64,000 nucleotides of DNA from assembly GCA_028534125.1 (NCBI GenBank), contig CM052817.1, forward strand, positions 102,798,001 through 102,862,000, read 5' to 3'. The notes below the pieces were generated by a model. It ran no database searches, was not told the origin of the DNA, and saw only the letters and a list, made by a program, of their open reading frames with translations. The position numbers were made by a program, and so were the translations under genes. Source of the stretch: Lama glama (Eukaryota). Below, piece by piece: positions 14,041 through 28,259 of the stretch. Positions within the stretch are counted from its first letter, which is position 1. The number at the start of each line of letters is the position of its first letter.

Positions 14041-15113
14041 TGAGCCAGTCTGGCTGGCGCTGTTCCCCACGGCAGGTGACGCTGATAGAGCTCTCAAGAA
14101 GAGTTCTCAACATTTCAGCTTCAGATTTCTTTTTCAATATGAGTCTAATGAAATGTTCTCTTTGGAACATACATACATACATTACAAATTGCTTCATCTA
14201 GGCAACGAAACTAAACGTTCAAGACAGTGTTTTCCTCAACCTGACTTATCAAATTAGTTCAGATACTTATTTTTCCTTATTTTCAAGCATTTCTAGAGAT
14301 ATCTTGGACTTATGAAGGCTGCCATCACCTTTAATACAACAGTGTTCATTCAGCAGGTTTTAGATGTTAAGAAAAAAAAGATCTGTATGGCACGTAAAGG
14401 CAACTGGCCAAAGCTACTTTGAAAATAAAGGAAAAGTTACAATCTCAAAAAATAAAAACCAGTAGAGTGGATGTTCACACACTCACAGTAGCTCTCACCT
14501 TTAAGTAAAACCGAGGGCAACAGTAAAGTGCCTCACACCAGCTAATGGTGTGGTCTGTGGTTACCTGTTGGCAGCCGACTTTTGTGAGCACCAAACCTGA
14601 GCTACAGTTTATGGCACAAACTACAACCGCAGCTTCTAAGCCGCAAAAACCTGTCTGAGAAACAATACTGTGACATCTTCAGTAAGAGCCAACATCCTTG
14701 GTGTAGGAAGCCAGTGATTGAACACGTTCCTAATAGCTCATGCTCTACTGCCTTGGCCAACAAAGCAAAATAAAACAAAACACGCACACACTATTTATCT
14801 GGTTTTCTCATTAAAACTCTGATCTTTAAATTAAAAACACAGATACAGGCGATGAGTAGTCACTGAAAGCTCTCTACATGTGAAAGCTATTCTAAATCAT
14901 TATGTTCAGATACAAGCACCACCTCATAATTTAAGCTAGTTTAAATCAATCATCTATTTATCTACCTGTATTTTTTCTGTGTTTGGAAAAACGTATAATA
15001 CAAATGAAAACGTTAGTCTCATACATTTTAAACTCTGAGATGACTCTTGAAAGAACTCTCTTCAGACAGGACAGACCATATGCGTAGCCATGGAAGATCA
15101 AATGATCTCTTAC

Positions 15114-15216
15114 CAAGCAGAGGAGATTTTCTCCAGTACCCATCTCTGACTTCAATGTAGTCATACCAGCACAAGCTACTTTTGTATAGGTCCATTGTAG
15201 TAAAATTTAAAACAAT
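15114..15216 (-). CDS. TLL1: TLL1 coding exon (~exon 10), CUB1
   Basis: 103 nt, tgcAG/GTaag; [34 protein letters not shown](G). Confidence 0.97.
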
Positions 15217-17307
15217 CTGCAAGATGGAACAAAAGAACACACAGATTAAAAGTGACTGCAACTTCACGTGGGTGATCTGATTCCTGGAGGCTAGGAACCC
15301 AGGACTACTGTGAAAATGGGATTCACAGCACATTCTTTTTATTTTCTTCCTATGTTAGTCTCTCTCTAGTGTTTTTTCTTAACAAACATCTCAAAAATCC
15401 CATTTTCTCATTCACATGAATGTTTAACAATATGGAAGCACAATGTCAATAAGCAAACTAAATATTTTAGCAATTAAACCAACGTTTCTGTAAAGTTAAT
15501 TTGCATAATTGTGAAACAAACAGAAATCTTTATTCAAATAGCTTATTTTGAATTTTCTTAGATAAATATTACTTTAAACATGAAAACTCTGACTTAGCCA
15601 TGAATTTCTACTTTTTAATAATTTATTGCAGACATCTATAATTATGTTAAAAATAACTGCCATGTGCCATCTTCTAAGAACATAATATCGTTGTGTATGT
15701 TGAAATGTTTTAAATACAGCTCTAGAATTCAAATTTGTTCATGTAACTGTAATCAAAGACAGATGTCACTATGCTTCTCTAGATCCAAGAATATATATTT
15801 AAAGAACTTTCAAGTTAGAAGATCTTGTACATGAGCCTTTATTCTGTACTTCGTTTTGAAATGGTGCTAATTTTTAAAATAATTCAAGAACAACTTTAGG
15901 AAAGACAATTTTCTTAGTGCTTTAAAAAAAGACTCTACTTTCCAAATAATTAACTATGTTTCCCTTAATTACACCAAAAGTAGAGTCAGCCTAAGAAATG
16001 CATGTATCTGATGAGGTAAAATTCATTTGGAAAATATTTTTATACTCAAAAAGGTATTCTAACTCTATTCTGCTTAAAATATCTAAGATACTTATGGTGT
16101 ATAGTGAACCTGTTCTTTACTTCAGAAACAGAAATGGACTTTGGCCAAAAGCAACAAATTATGAATATTTGAAATACTTCTAATATAAAACTGTAGTTTG
16201 TAACACTATTTAAATAATCCTTTTGTGACAATATAAAAAACCTGAATTTTAGAGGTTTCTCAAAGAATGAAAAAAAGCAAAAAATATATAATCAATCTTG
16301 AACTATATTTCCTAAAAGTACTACCATTTTTGTGTTAGAAAGCATATACTTCTCCCATTTCTTGAGCACAATATTTAACAGAAAGGTAAGTAGTAACAGA
16401 AAGGCAAACCAATCCTTACTTAACTGACTTCTTCTTAAAGTGAAAATACAGCATAACAATAAACATTTCTCATGGCATCTTATATTTCAGCACCACAATT
16501 ATCACTGATAAAATTATACATGCAGTTGGTTTTAATTGCCAGTATAATCATTTCACAGAGATAGAGACTAAGAATTTGTCTAGCTATAATGAAATTCACT
16601 TATAGTTTATAATGGTGCTAACATTTCACCGTTAAATTCAACATTTATCAGTTTCTTTAAACATGTACTTTCTTGATTATAAAAGGGTGGAATCTGTTAA
16701 GGATGTGAGAATAGAGACATGCTGCTTTTTAAAATGTAATACAGTAGGCGTGGCATAATTTGGTTTAATAAAACTTTTCATTTATTTCTGTCTACATTAT
16801 TACAGTTTTTCTTTTTCCTTCATTTTTCTTTTCCTTCACCTGATTTTATCATGTTACATATTCTAAAAGTGTTACAAAAATTTCCAAAGTATCAAAAGAC
16901 AAAAGACTAATCCTTTTTTTCCCTGTCTTTTCCAAGAATCCTCAAAACTTGATTATGAAAATGCATGGCTTCTAAGCTATCTTCCTGAAGTTCCCAATAT
17001 GTTTGCTTCTCTATCTTTGAATAACAATCCAAACATCAAGTTATTCTTAGGACGTAAGTGGGAAATAATTTCTGGTTCACCCTTAGCTTTGTACTTAAGC
17101 CTGCTGCAAATAAGGAATGCTACCACTGTCTGGTATTAAGCTTCAGTCTGCATTTGTAGTCTCCCTACAGCAACGGCTAGGGTTTCAACTCTGTATGATC
17201 ATATGGGAACTCATTTATTGTAACAGAGATGGCAAAACTAGAAGACAGACACAAACAGTAGACCCTAAGGCTCATTTGTGGCTTTCCTCTGAGATTTAAA
17301 GGTGCTT

Positions 17308-18571
17308 CATAGCAGCACTATTTACAATAGCCAAAACATGGAAACAGCCTAAATGTCCATCAACAGGTGACTGGATAAAGAAGAGGTGGTATATTTATAC
17401 AATGGAATACGACTCAGCCATAAAAACCGACAACATAACGCCATTTGCAGCAACATGGATGCTCCTAGAGAATGTCATTCTAAGTGAAGTAAGCCAGAAA
17501 GAGAAAGAAAAATACCATATGAGATTGCTCATATGTGGAATCTAAAAAACAAAAACAAAAACAAACAAACAAAAACAAAGCATAAATACAGGACAGAAAT
17601 AGACTCACAGACAGAGAATACAGACTTGTGGTTACCAGGGGGGTGGAGGGTGGGAAGGGATAGACTGGGATTTCAAAATTGTAGAATAGATAAACAAGAT
17701 TACACTGTATAGCACAGGGAAATATACACAAAATGTTATGATAANNNNNNNNNNNNNNNNNNNNNNNNNNNNNNNNNNNNNNNNNNNNNNNNNNNNNNNN
17801 NNNNNNNNNNNNNNNNNNNNNNNNNNNNNNNNNNNNNNNNNNNNNNNNNNNNNNNNNNNNNNNNNNNNNNNNNNNNNNNNNNNNNNNNNNNNNNNNNNNN
17901 NNNNNNNNNNNNNNNNNNNNNNNNNNNNNNNNNNNNNNNNNNNNNNNNNNNNNNNNNNNNNNNNNNNNNNNNNNNNNNNNNNNNNNNNNNNNNNNNNNNN
18001 NNNNNNNNNNNNNNNNNNNNNNNNNNNNNNNNNNNNNNNNNNNNNNNNNNNNNNNNNNNNNNNNNNNNNNNNNNNNNNNNNNNNNNNNNNNNNNNNNNNN
18101 NNNNNNNNNNNNNNNNNNNNNNNNNNNNNNNNNNNNNNNNNNNNNNNNNNNNNNNNNNNNNNNNNNNNNNNNNNNNNNNNNNNNNNNNNNNNNNNNNNNN
18201 NNNNNNNNNNNNNNNNNNNNNNNNNNNNNNNNNNNNNNNNNNNNCAAACAAACAAAAACAAAGCATAAATACAGGACAGAAATAGACTCACAGACAGAGA
18301 ATACAGACTTGTGGTTACCAGGGGGGTGGAGGGTGGGAAGGGATAGACTGGGATTTCAAAATTGTAGAATAGATAAACAAGATTACACTGTATAGCACAG
18401 GGAAATATACACAAAATGTTATGATAACTCACAGAGAAAAAAAAATGTGACAATGAGTGTGTATATGTCCATGAATGACTGAAAAATTGTGCTGAACACT
18501 GGAATTTGACACAACATTGTAAAATGATTATAAATCAATAAAAAATGTTAAAAAAAAGAAAAAAAACAATG
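17308..18571 (+). mobile_element. Young 5'-truncated L1 (ORF2 end, 3'UTR, A-tail) spanning the assembly gap
   Basis: CATAGCAGCACTATTTACAATAGCC... A-rich tail at 18540-18568; TSD TAAAGGTGCTT at 17297-17307 and 18572-18582. Confidence 0.93.
17745..18244. other. Assembly gap (500 N)
   Basis: Run of exactly 500 n. Confidence 1.
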
Positions 18572-18727
18572 TAAAGGTGCTTTTTTTAATAGTATGCAGA
18601 GTTTCAACTTCCTTCTGGATGAGGAAAAAAAATCAGCTAAATTGGAAGGATGTGTATCACCAAAATTTATTCAAAATTGAAACACTGTCGTTGGATTGCT
18701 AACAAATAGTTAATATTTGAAGCTTGG

Positions 18728-18728
<1 letters not shown>

Positions 18729-18758
<30 letters not shown>
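18729..18758 (+). repeat. (AC)15 microsatellite
   Basis: Read directly. Confidence 0.95.
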
Positions 18759-18762
<4 letters not shown>

Positions 18763-19703
18763 GGAAGGAGGGGTGTAAATCTAAACAGCACAGTTTCCTA
18801 TCTTGTTTTTAATCTTGTATTTTAAACTCCAAGCACTGTGGAAGAACAAAACTGGCCCACTTTAATATAAAACACAGAGTCCTTTAGAAGCAGAAAATGT
18901 AATAAAGATAGGTTTTCTAAAATCAAATCTTAGGGCTCTGATGTAGATGAAAAATGTTGGCCTTTGACTAAGGTTACTAGCAGAATTCATACTTGAATTA
19001 CAAATCAAAAGCATTTGGAAAATATCTGGTTGTTTCCTATTATGCTATTTTATGTAAATGCGTTGTATCTTTTCTTTTTTTTTAAATGATGAAATAAAAA
19101 CTATCTAGCACAATTATGTAAATGTTTTATTTCTTATGGTTAAGTATCAATTTACCATTTATCAATTGAAAATTTATCATAGTTCCCTCGAAACATGGGA
19201 TTGAGGGAGTTACAAAGAACAAGTCTAAGATTTCCATTGATCTGTTAGGAGTCTTGGTTGCTAGTCTGCAACTTTAAATTGATACAATTGCTGTGGATTT
19301 TGCTCTTTAAAGATTTTGTTTTACAATCCTGCAGAGCGAAGAATCTTGAAGAAAGGCAGATCAACAGTCAAGGGACCAGATGTCTGGAAGTCTCCAGAGA
19401 AAGATGTAATCACTGAACTTCTGTCAGCACAATTAAGACATTATTGACTACCCAAACTAATTTCATGAACACCATCAAAAGACCAATTCGAATAATATAC
19501 GTTACAGTGCTGGGGACGGGGAAGATACAAATCTTGTCAATTAGGCTGATATTAGTAAATAGCTCTTTAGGAAGAGATATTAGAATCAAAAGCAGTAAAA
19601 TAAAATAGATGTCTGGGCTCCAGCCAGAAGTAGCTTGGACAAGCCTAATAAACTCTCTGTGGAGTCAACAGTTTTCTTCTCAGAAATCAGAGTAGGGGTG
19701 AGA

Positions 19704-19912
19704 TCAGGGCTCAGTAAACTCTTCCCCATGGGTCACATCCAGCCTGCAGCCAGTTTTTGTAAAGAAAACTTTGTTGTACACATTCCTTTATGTACTGTCT
19801 ATGACTGCTTTAGCAATATGACAGTAGAATTGAGTATTTGAACAAACTGTTTAGCTGGCAAAGCCAAAATATTTACTATATGTCCTCTCCAGAAAGATTG
19901 ACCAACTCCTGG
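19704..19912. mobile_element. MER58A-like hAT-Charlie MITE
   Basis: CAGGGCTCAGTAAACT...GTTTTTGTAAAGAAAACTTT...GCAAAGCCAAAATATTTACTAT...GACCAACTCCTG with degenerate CAGG../..CCTG termini. Confidence 0.75.
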
Positions 19913-20004
19913 AATAACTGATAATTAAGGTTTTGTTCAGCGCTGAATTGTATCATGCTAAAGGGAACATTTGCATCTTTTTCTACAACTAGAAGCTGTT
20001 TGTG

Positions 20005-20175
20005 ACTGGGAGTCAGAAAGCCTGGGTTCAAGTTCTAGCTTCTCAGTTGACTGTTTACTTAAACTTTCTGAGTTTGAATGAATTTTCTTGCTATAAAATG
20101 GAGATCATCATTTCAGGCTGATCTGGGCAGGGTTAAATCAGAAATTTAATTGGATAATGTGTAGAAAAACACTAA
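20005..20175 (+). mobile_element. MIR SINE relic
   Basis: GGAGTCAGAAAGCCTGGGTTCAAGTTCTAGCT...CTATAAAATGGAGAT core. Confidence 0.65.
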
Positions 20176-21711
20176 GGTAATCTAAATACATTGTTGAGAT
20201 TCTCATCTTTTACTATCTTCAACAGTTATAAAATGAATAAAAATTTTAACCCAATTTACTTAATGCAGCTGGGAAACATAAAAACATTAATTTTAAAGTT
20301 CCACAGGAAAATCAACATGTTAAAGAAAGGGATTCTTAATTTAAAATCTAAAGAAGAATGGACAGGCGAACTTGAGCCTCAAGTTAAGCCACTGCTTTAT
20401 GATAGACTAATTGTATGACTCGGGGATCTTAAATCCATCAGAGATTCATTATTTGACAGGTGAAAACCAGGAGCTGGATTAGGTCATGAAAATAATTTTT
20501 CTACTTAAACTTATATATTAATATCTGGATTTTGAAGTTTCGATTTGTCACCACCAACTATTCACAGCAATATTTTTTCTACCTGCCTTTCTTTAATCCC
20601 CACTCCACCCTTATCTCTAATCAGTTACCAGTTTCTGTAGACACCCTGCAGTGCCGGTGAGACGCCCTCTTTCTCACTGGCCATGTCCTCCGTGCTCCTC
20701 TGAATGAATGCAGCAGCTTCACAAGCTGTGCTTTGGTTTTCAGTCATGTTCTTCTCCAATTCATCCTCCACGCTATGATCATTTTTCCCACTAAAGTTGG
20801 GGTCCCATTATGACGTCGGTGGCTTTACATCCAATTCGATATACATTTCTAAGCCTGCGCGTCAAAGATTGTGGGTCATAACCTCCCTTTGCTGCCTCAC
20901 TTTCACGATCACAAAGAATCTTCATCTCGCTCATGCCTGACTCCTGCTGTTTGTCCCGACAAAGTACGCCGATCTCAGTATTTCTTTATTCAGGGTGCAC
21001 ATAATGCTACCTGGGATTCCACTTCCCCCTTCCCTATTTTGGAAACTCTTCACATCTTTCAGGGTCTAAATTAAATGCTACCCTTTCTTCAGTTATGCTT
21101 GGATCGCCCAGTAAGGACTGAGCTCTCTTTATCTCTGCAAATCCATGACGATGTATCTTGTTTTCTTCAGTCAATTTTCAGTTTGCCTACTATATTACTA
21201 GGTGTTGCCCTTGCTCTATGTGAGATTCTTGATGGCAAAGATTTCTTTCACACACCAGAAGATGCATTTATTTTAATGAAATAAAAGATTTTTCTACAAC
21301 GTAATTGTGAAAGTTAAGCAGGGCCTTTGGCAATATAAATATTATACAATGAATTGACCCCATATGTGTAAATCATTAGGTTCTGTGAAAAGAAAGTTTT
21401 GCAACATAAAAGTGGTCAAATGATAGCTTTTCACTGGGGCTCTACAGGAAAAAAACAGAGTTAACTCTATGCACGACATGAGCAATATGCCCTTGTTAAA
21501 AGTTCAGGCAGTTCTAAGGGGTGGAAGAATCGATATTGTGGATTTCATAAGCTCAACACAGCTACGTTCTCAGAGGCACATTCTGGACCGTTCCCAGCCC
21601 GTGCTGTGCACATCCAGGACAGCCTGAGACTGGACAGGACTCTGTCTTTATCTTACGAGGCTCTCAGTCCTAAGAAGACGTATGTGTCCATTGATAATCT
21701 TAATATTTTAA

Positions 21712-21812
21712 ACTGTGGTTTAAAACAAACAGAACATAAAATTTAACATTTTAACCATCTAAGCATACAGTTCTGTGGCATTAAATACATTCACATTGTT
21801 TTGCAGCAACAC
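21712..21812 (-). mobile_element. L1 3' end fragment (old)
   Basis: AACATAAAATTTAACATTTTAACCAT..ACAGTTCTGTGGCATTAAATACATTCACATTGTT, the reverse of an L1MB-type terminus. Confidence 0.7.
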
Positions 21813-24399
21813 TTTTACTTAAAAAATATTTTCCTGGATAACACCGTATGTGTTTATTGCAGAAAATAAAAGGAAGAAGAAATAAAAATCTATTTGTAAA
21901 TCCACCAGGGAGAAATTAGCATTGTGTTCATATATACCCTTTCATAATTTTGCCTCTAACATATGTAAGTTAAAAATTAGATCTTTTCATGCTTGTGATT
22001 TTTAACCTGTTTATTAAATTTACCAAAAATTTGAATAGTCCTCTAGTTTCAGGAAATAGTTTTTTTTTTTAAAAAATAACATGTGTAACAAAGGTGTCAT
22101 GATATGTTTAGATAATAAATCATGTGATTATCTTCAGAGAGATAAACTTAGTGACAATCTTATTTTATACCATATTTTATTCCTTCTTAATAAACATGAT
22201 TTGATAAGGAGATGATCAAATAAACATTTTACTTTTACATTAGCCATTATGTATCTTTTTGTAACATAGAATATTTAATCCTTAAAAAGTAAACAATCAA
22301 TGTTATTTTTTGGCTTTCAAAATTTATTTTGCTTTCAATTTTTTATTATTATAAATAACGATCTTTGCACATACCCAGATAATTGCTGTAGGATAAATTT
22401 CTAGGATAAAGTACAGGCATGTTTTGCAAAATATGACACAGATCAACAAAGTTCTGCAGGATATTTCAATATTTACTTCCAGAAGCTGTGTACCCTCAAA
22501 ATCATTTGATATTATCCTTCTATTCCTTCTTTGTTAATTTAATAGGTGAAATACAACACATTGTTGTTGGTTCAAATAGCATTTCTTTGATAAAGAATGA
22601 GAGTAAACAAGTTCATATATTGATAAATATCTGTTTGCACTGATACTTCAATAAATATTCTGCTTCCTTAGTCATTTTTATATGATGTCAATCTTTATTT
22701 ATTAGCTTACAGCAGCTCTTCATATACGCATAATATCAAAGTTCTCTCATTCATTTGTGCTATAATATTACTCATTTTGATTTTTACATGTGTTTTTGCA
22801 TTCTTATGAGAGATTTTATGTAAATAATTCTGAAAAATTATTTTACATTTTCTTATTTTCAACTTATGTACCCAAGACATCTTTTTCAGAATAAAAAACA
22901 AATCACTTATGTTTTCCTTAGAAAAAAAATACAGTATGAAGTAAAAGCTTAATTGTTTTCAAAAATATTTTAAATGATTTCATTACTATTTATTGAGAAA
23001 TTATTTTCACAATTTCTTTAAAAACTCATCTCTGTAGATGAGTATATGACAAAGGTCTTCTATTCCCTTATGCATAATTCTGTCCTTTTTTAGATTGTTC
23101 TACTAATCTAGAAGTCTATTTTGACATTATCATAGAATTTGAATTAGTGAAACTTAATAATGTTTTTCTTACTGTGCAATTCACTCTTTTTTATTAATTA
23201 TTTTCAAGTTTGCCTTGGTGATTCCAATCCTTTTATTTTAGAAATAAACTCTAGAAATATTTGGTCTGGGTACAAAACAAAAATCTGTTAGAAATTTATT
23301 TGGAATTACATTAAAACTATACATTAATTTTGGAAAAACTGACAATTTATTATACATCTGACAACACAGTCAATTGATCTGCTTTAGCTCCAGAGTAAAG
23401 TCTTCAGTTCTCTAAAATCTATTACATTTTAATAGATTTTATTTGATTACCTCTAGTCCTGTTTTCTAGTTGGTTCTTTTGAATTTCTGAGGAGGAAATA
23501 ACATATCCTTCATAACTAAAAATATATAATGCTTAGCTCTGCCAAATGAAATCTGTATGATGTTAGGCAGATTACTCAATTCTTTCTTAATTTCAATTTT
23601 CTTCATATGTAAAATGTAGATAATTGTAATATTAAACTCAGTGGGGTGTAAGTAGACTAGAGAAATTTAGTACAGCATCTGGTTTAGTATAAAAAACTCA
23701 ATAAAGATTAGTTTCTTCCATTTATTGTCTAAATCTAGTCCTAATTCATCTTCTAGACCTAATGCATCAGATTATCATTAAGCATACATAGTGAATTGCA
23801 GTATTAACAGCACTTATAGAAAATTTTAAAGTTTTTATTGTGATACTATTATTCTCCAAATTAACAGATTTTATAACATTGAACTACTCTCAAATTACCA
23901 AATCAAAACACCTGCAATTTTATAAATTATAGTGCTTGATTTGATTATATGTACATTAACATCCATGTGTCTATATTTGTATGTGAAGCATTTCATAATT
24001 TTTTCATATGAGTTGTGTGCAGTATGCCTTTCAGAATTTTACTAATTTTATAAAATAAACAGAGAGGCTACACATTGTTTTACAATGCACTTGAGATATA
24101 TTTTATTAGATGCTAAGTATCTGAATTTTTAGTTGGAAAAGATTCTTTGAGAAATCATCTGCAAGTAGCATCAAGTTAAGTAACTTTTTGTCAACTTACT
24201 TTATATTGTTATTAACTTATGAATTTCTCATGCTTACTAAATCAGTTTTGATAGCTTGAATTTCCAGGATTCTGCATTAAGAAATGCTTCAAAAAAACCC
24301 TATTTCTGTAGGTTTTGATTTTTATCAAGTTGAATATATAGCCAATGAAACCATATTATCATGAATTCAGGTTTAAAAAAACTTTAAATGAAGTATATC

Positions 24400-24480
24400 A
24401 TATATAAATATTAAGTCACTATGTTGTACACATGAAACTAATATAATATTATAAATCAACTATACTTTAATTTTAAAAAA
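24400..24480 (+). mobile_element. Very short L1 3' terminus
   Basis: TCACTATGTTGTACACATGAAACTAATATAATATTATAAATCAACTATACTTTAATT followed by A-tail. Confidence 0.75.
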
Positions 24481-24617
24481 TCCACATTTCAAGCAGGAAA
24501 AATACCACCAAAACAAGCTAAACTAAAAACTAATCTAAAATATAGACTATAGTCAGGACAAAATGAGCTTTGATTGAAGTCTGAGAAATGAGAAGGAATA
24601 CTGAATAAAAATATTTG

Positions 24618-24995
24618 GTATATCTTCAACAAATGTTGGGAAAAATATCTCTATGTGCAAAAGAATGAAATCAGACTCATCTTAAGCCATATGCAAAAAT
24701 TAACTTGACAGTGGATCAAAGACCTAAGCATAAGACTTAAAACACTAAAATGCCTAGGAAAAAACATAGGGGAAAAGCTTCATTGGATCTGGCAATGATT
24801 TCTTGGATACCCCACCAAAAGCAAAATAAAAAAAAGCAAAAAATCACTAGATCATTAGTACTACATCAAACTAAAAAACTTTTGTGAAGCAAAGAAAACA
24901 ATGCAGTCAAAAGGCAACTACAGAGAAGGAGATAATATTTGCCAATTTTATATCTCATGGGGGTTAATAACTAGAATATATAAAGCACTTCCACA

Positions 24996-25026
<31 letters not shown>

Positions 25027-25680
25027 ACTCCAATTAAAAATGAGCAAAAAACTTGAATAAACATCTCTTTAGAGATGATGTACAAATGGCCAACAGTCAT
25101 ATGAGAAAAATGATCAACATCAGTAATGCATCAGAGAGATGCAAGTCAAAGCCATAAGGAGATCTCACTTCATGCTCATTACAATGGTGACGGTCAAAAG
25201 ATTTGAAAATAACACATTTTGGGGAAGATGCAGAGAAACTGGACCCCATGTGCACTGCTGGAAAGATTCTAGAATAGTGCAGCTACTACAGAAAACAGTA
25301 TGAAAGTTCCTCAAAAAACTAAAAATAGCACTGTCAAATGAGCCAGAAATCCCCAAGAATTTATGCATGGATAAGCCTTTAGGCCATTTTACAAAGTAGG
25401 ATAAGCCACTTACAAAAAGACAAATACTGTGTGACTTCACTTATATAAGGTATCAAAAGTGGTCAATTCATAAAAAACAGAAAGTAAATGGTGCTTACCA
25501 GGAACTGAGGGAAGAGGAAAACGGAGACTTGTTTAATGGATACAGAGTTTCAGTTTTGCAAGATGAAAAAGTTTTAGAAATCTGTTTCACAAAATGTGCA
25601 CACATTTAACACGACTGAATTGTATATTTAAAAATGGTTAAGACAGCAATTTTGTATGTTTTTATCACAATAAAAATGTT
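24618..25680 (+). mobile_element. L1 ORF2 3' part and 3'UTR, with internal deletion and (CA)n at 24996-25022
   Basis: TCTTCAACAAATGTTGGGAAAA, GGCAATGATTTCTTGGATA, GTTTCAGTTTTGCAAGATGAAAAAG. Confidence 0.88.
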
Positions 25681-25889
25681 ATTAAGTATCTGCATATAGT
25701 TAAATGTTAAGTGTAAAAAACAATGACTAATATCTCATTTGTCTCAGAAAGAAAACAAGCTTGAAGACAAAACAAAACAATATAATACATGATGAAGGCT
25801 ATGTGAATCATAATCTTTTTTTAGAATCTTTTTATGGTTTGGTAGGAGGATAAAGATATTAATTACATACGACTCCATGCAGAGAGTAA

Positions 25890-27015
25890 GCTAGTAGAAA
25901 AAGGTACCAAAAATAGAATACACACTTAAAATTTTCAAATGAGTAGAGGGGAAAAAATGAAATGAGGGAAAATGAAACATAATTCTATACATTAGAAGGC
26001 AAAACACAGAACAAAAGAAATCAAGTGGGACATACAGAATGTAAGTAAGATGCAGTAATACATCAGTAATCATAACAGATGTAACTGCAAAAAGCACTTT
26101 AGTGAAAGACAAAACTAGCCATCCTGGATTCAATTAAAAATAAAACCAAATTATTTGCTGTCTAAAAGGGGCACACATGAGACACAAGATCTCAAATGGC
26201 TAAATGTCTAAAGAAGATAAAGATATACCAGGCAGAAATATTAATCAATATTAATCAAAAGAAAGTGTAGATTTATTAACATCAGAAAAAATAATTTTAA
26301 CCTAAACCGTGACTAGAGATGAAGAGATACATTATAGAATGATAACAGTCAAATTTATTGGGAAGACAATATTATAAACATATATGTATACAATTTATAA
26401 CAATATAATTTATAATAGTATAGTGTAAAAATATTTTAGAACTATATCAAATAGTGGCAAATAATATTTTAATATGTTAATAACATATCTTTCTACTATT
26501 TGATAGATGAAGCATTCAAAAAAATACTATAGAGAACATACAAACAGCACAATTAAAAAAACTAATGCATATATAGAAAACTTGGGACCCAACCATTGGA
26601 CAAGACACATTTCAAAGCAAAGATTATTTTTTAATGAACACTGGTCAATTCCAAAGTCATACTGCCAGCCTCAAGTTATTTCAAAGACTGACATCATCCA
26701 GACTACAGTCTCTGTCCAAAAAGTGACTAAAGGAGAAATTGATAAAAAAGGAAGATTAGAAAAACAACATATTTTTGTGAATAAAAAAATATGCTACTGA
26801 AAAATATGTGGGCTTAGAAGAAATAATAAAAGATAAAGAAGATAATTAGAATAGAAAAATTACAAAAATACTGTGTCAAGCTGGTGAAATTCAGATAGAC
26901 TAGTCTTTAGAAGAAAGCTTATAGCCCTAAATGTTTGCATTGGAAAAGAAGAGATACTTGAAGTTAATGAATTAAACTTACAAAGGAAGAAGTGAAAAAG
27001 ACCCAAAGTAAAAAG
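25890..27015 (+). mobile_element. Old, degraded L1 ORF2 endonuclease region
   Basis: A-rich with remnants AAAGATATACCAGGCA, GACTAGAGATGAAGAG..CATTATA, TTATAGCCCTAAATG, ACCCAAAGTAA. Confidence 0.6.
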
Positions 27016-27029
27016 GACCCATTAAATAT

Positions 27030-28212
27030 GCAGATCAAATTAAATTAAACTGATTAAATCTATCAAAATATCCATGATATTTTTCACAGAATTAGAAAAA
27101 ATAATCCTAAAATTATGTAGAATCATAAAGGACCTCAAATTGCAAAGAAATCTGAGAAAAAAGAAGAAAGCTGAAGATATCACACTCCCAGACTTCAGAC
27201 TACAGTTATCAAAGTGTGGTATTGGCACAGAAACAGACATATAAAACAATGGAACAGAATGGAGGGCCCGGAAATAAACCCACACACTTATGTTATGGGC
27301 AGTTAATTTAAAACAAAAGAGGTAAGACTATACAATGGAGAAAAGATAGCCTCTTCATTAAATGGTGCTGAGAAAACTGGACAGCTACGTGGAAAAGGAT
27401 GCAATTAGAACTTTTCCTCACACCATATGCAAAAATAAACTCAAAATATATAAAAGACCTAAAGGAAAGACCTGAAACTATAAAACTCTTCGAAGAGAAC
27501 ATAGGCAGAGCACTCTTTGACATAAATAGTAGCAATTTTTTTTGGATCTGTCTCCTAAGGTAAAATAGATAAGAGCAAAATAAACAAAAGGGACCTAATT
27601 AAACTTTAAAGACTACACAGGAAAGGAAACCATTGACAAAACAAAAAGACAAGCTAATGAATGGAGAATATGTTTGCAAATGCTATGAATGACAAGGAGT
27701 TAATATCCAAAATGGATAAACAGCTCTTACAACTCAATACCAAAAAAATTCAATCAAAAAAATGAGTAGAAGATTTAACAGACATTTTCCCAAAAAAGAC
27801 ATACAGATGTCTAACAGGCACATGAAAAGTTGCTCAACGTCACTAATTATTAGGGAAATACAAATCAAAACCACCGTGAGATATCATCTCACACCTGTCA
27901 GAATGGCCATCATCAAAAAGTCTACAAATAACAAATGTTGGAGAGAATGTGGAGAAAAGGGAACCCTTGTACCCTGTTGGTGGGAATGCAAATTAGTGCA
28001 GCCACTATGGAAGACAATATGGAAGTTCCTTAAAAAACTAAAAACAGCACTAACATATGATCCAATAATCCGTTCTTGGGTATGTATCTGGGGAAAAAAT
28101 GAATTTGAAAAGATGCATACACTCCAGTGTTTATAGCAGCATTATTTACAATAGCCAAAATATGGAAGCAACCCAAGTTCCAATCAACAGATGAGTGGAT
28201 AAAGAAGATGTA

Positions 28213-28259
<47 letters not shown>

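Noticed and set aside
17480..18453. Long ORFs (176-273 aa) in the ORF track
   Set aside because: Artefacts of translating the N gap flanked by L1 3'UTR
27762..28136. 124-aa ORF and similar ORFs at 34059-35110 and 43778-45281
   Set aside because: Frameshifted L1 ORF2p remnants, not host genes or intact elements
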